NCBI GenBank assembly: GCA_964247055.1 | Contig: OZ176050.1 | Location: 11,594,001 to 11,658,000 of the forward strand | Source of the DNA: Paragordius varius | Lineage: Eukaryota; Animalia; Nematomorpha | Direction: 5' to 3' | DNA length: 64,000 nucleotides | Part shown: positions 63,516 through 64,000 of the stretch, piece by piece | Layout: the number at the start of each line of letters is the position of its first letter | How positions within the stretch are numbered: the stretch's first letter is position 1 | Notes under the pieces: model-generated | What the model saw: the letters and a program-made list of their open reading frames with translations, nothing else | The model's database searches: none | Told to the model about the DNA's origin: nothing | Made by a program: the position numbers and the translations under genes

Positions 63516-64000
63516 GCTAGCTTTGCAAGAGAAATAAAGAAAATACTAAAACTTATAACTTAATACGGATATATGTGATCATAATAATTTTCCAACTTTA
63601 TAATTAATTAATTATTATGCGATTCCCATTGGCTCACTCAATTCACTCATTTTTCAAAACGCTCTTTTTTTGTTAAAATATTCTTTTGTGATTAAAGCTA
63701 AAAAACATAAATGATATACATATATATTTAGTATGTGACAATTACAAAAACCAACCATTTCTATATGTCCAACAAAAACCTGAAAAGATAGATATATAGA
63801 TTGTTCAGTATTATATCCATAAATATAATAATTTTTATTTATGGATATAAGAGGTGTGAGTGTGTGTGTTTTGATAATTATATATTGGAAATTTATGCAT
63901 GGAAGCAAGCAGGCAGGCACAACTTTATACATATACTTTGTTAATTAATTATTATTTTACTGTAAATGTCAATATGAGAGATGGCCTTTGTCGACAACAT

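Noticed and set aside
62654-63932. ORFs 62654-62962 and 63654-63932 as genes or unc-13 C2A exons
   Set aside because: They have F/I/L/Y-rich composition typical of AT-rich non-coding DNA, overlap simple repeats and show no C2 motifs.

Overview
Very AT-rich (roughly a quarter GC by eye), intron-containing animal genomic DNA. The unc-13 wording suggests a protostome, possibly an ecdysozoan; the taxon cannot be fixed from this window. Genes rebuilt exon by exon, with GT-AG boundaries and reading phase checked: UTP23 (-) and a REEP5/6 (YOP1/DP1) gene (+) head-to-head only 73 bp apart; goosecoid (-); a single-RRM TRNAU1AP/SECp43-like gene (+); an 8-exon tryptophanase (TnaA)-family gene (+); and a 31-32-exon unc-13 gene (-) spanning about 39.3-62.3 kb. 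There is also a probable first exon of a membrane protein resembling adenylyl cyclase (-) and an 88-aa orphan ORF. Spacers and introns hold two copies of a non-autonomous Helitron, two inverted copies of a decayed Charlie/SPIN-type hAT element with perfect 8-bp TSDs, RTE-like LINE remnants, several palindromic MITEs and (TA)n tracts. Main findings: (1) a spliced, apparently intact bacterial-type tryptophanase embedded among animal genes; (2) seven 22-27 nt spliceosomal introns with a GTT-biased donor, alongside ordinary 74 bp to multi-kb introns; (3) a 9-nt VLK microexon and three large low-complexity insertions in the UNC-13 MUN domain.
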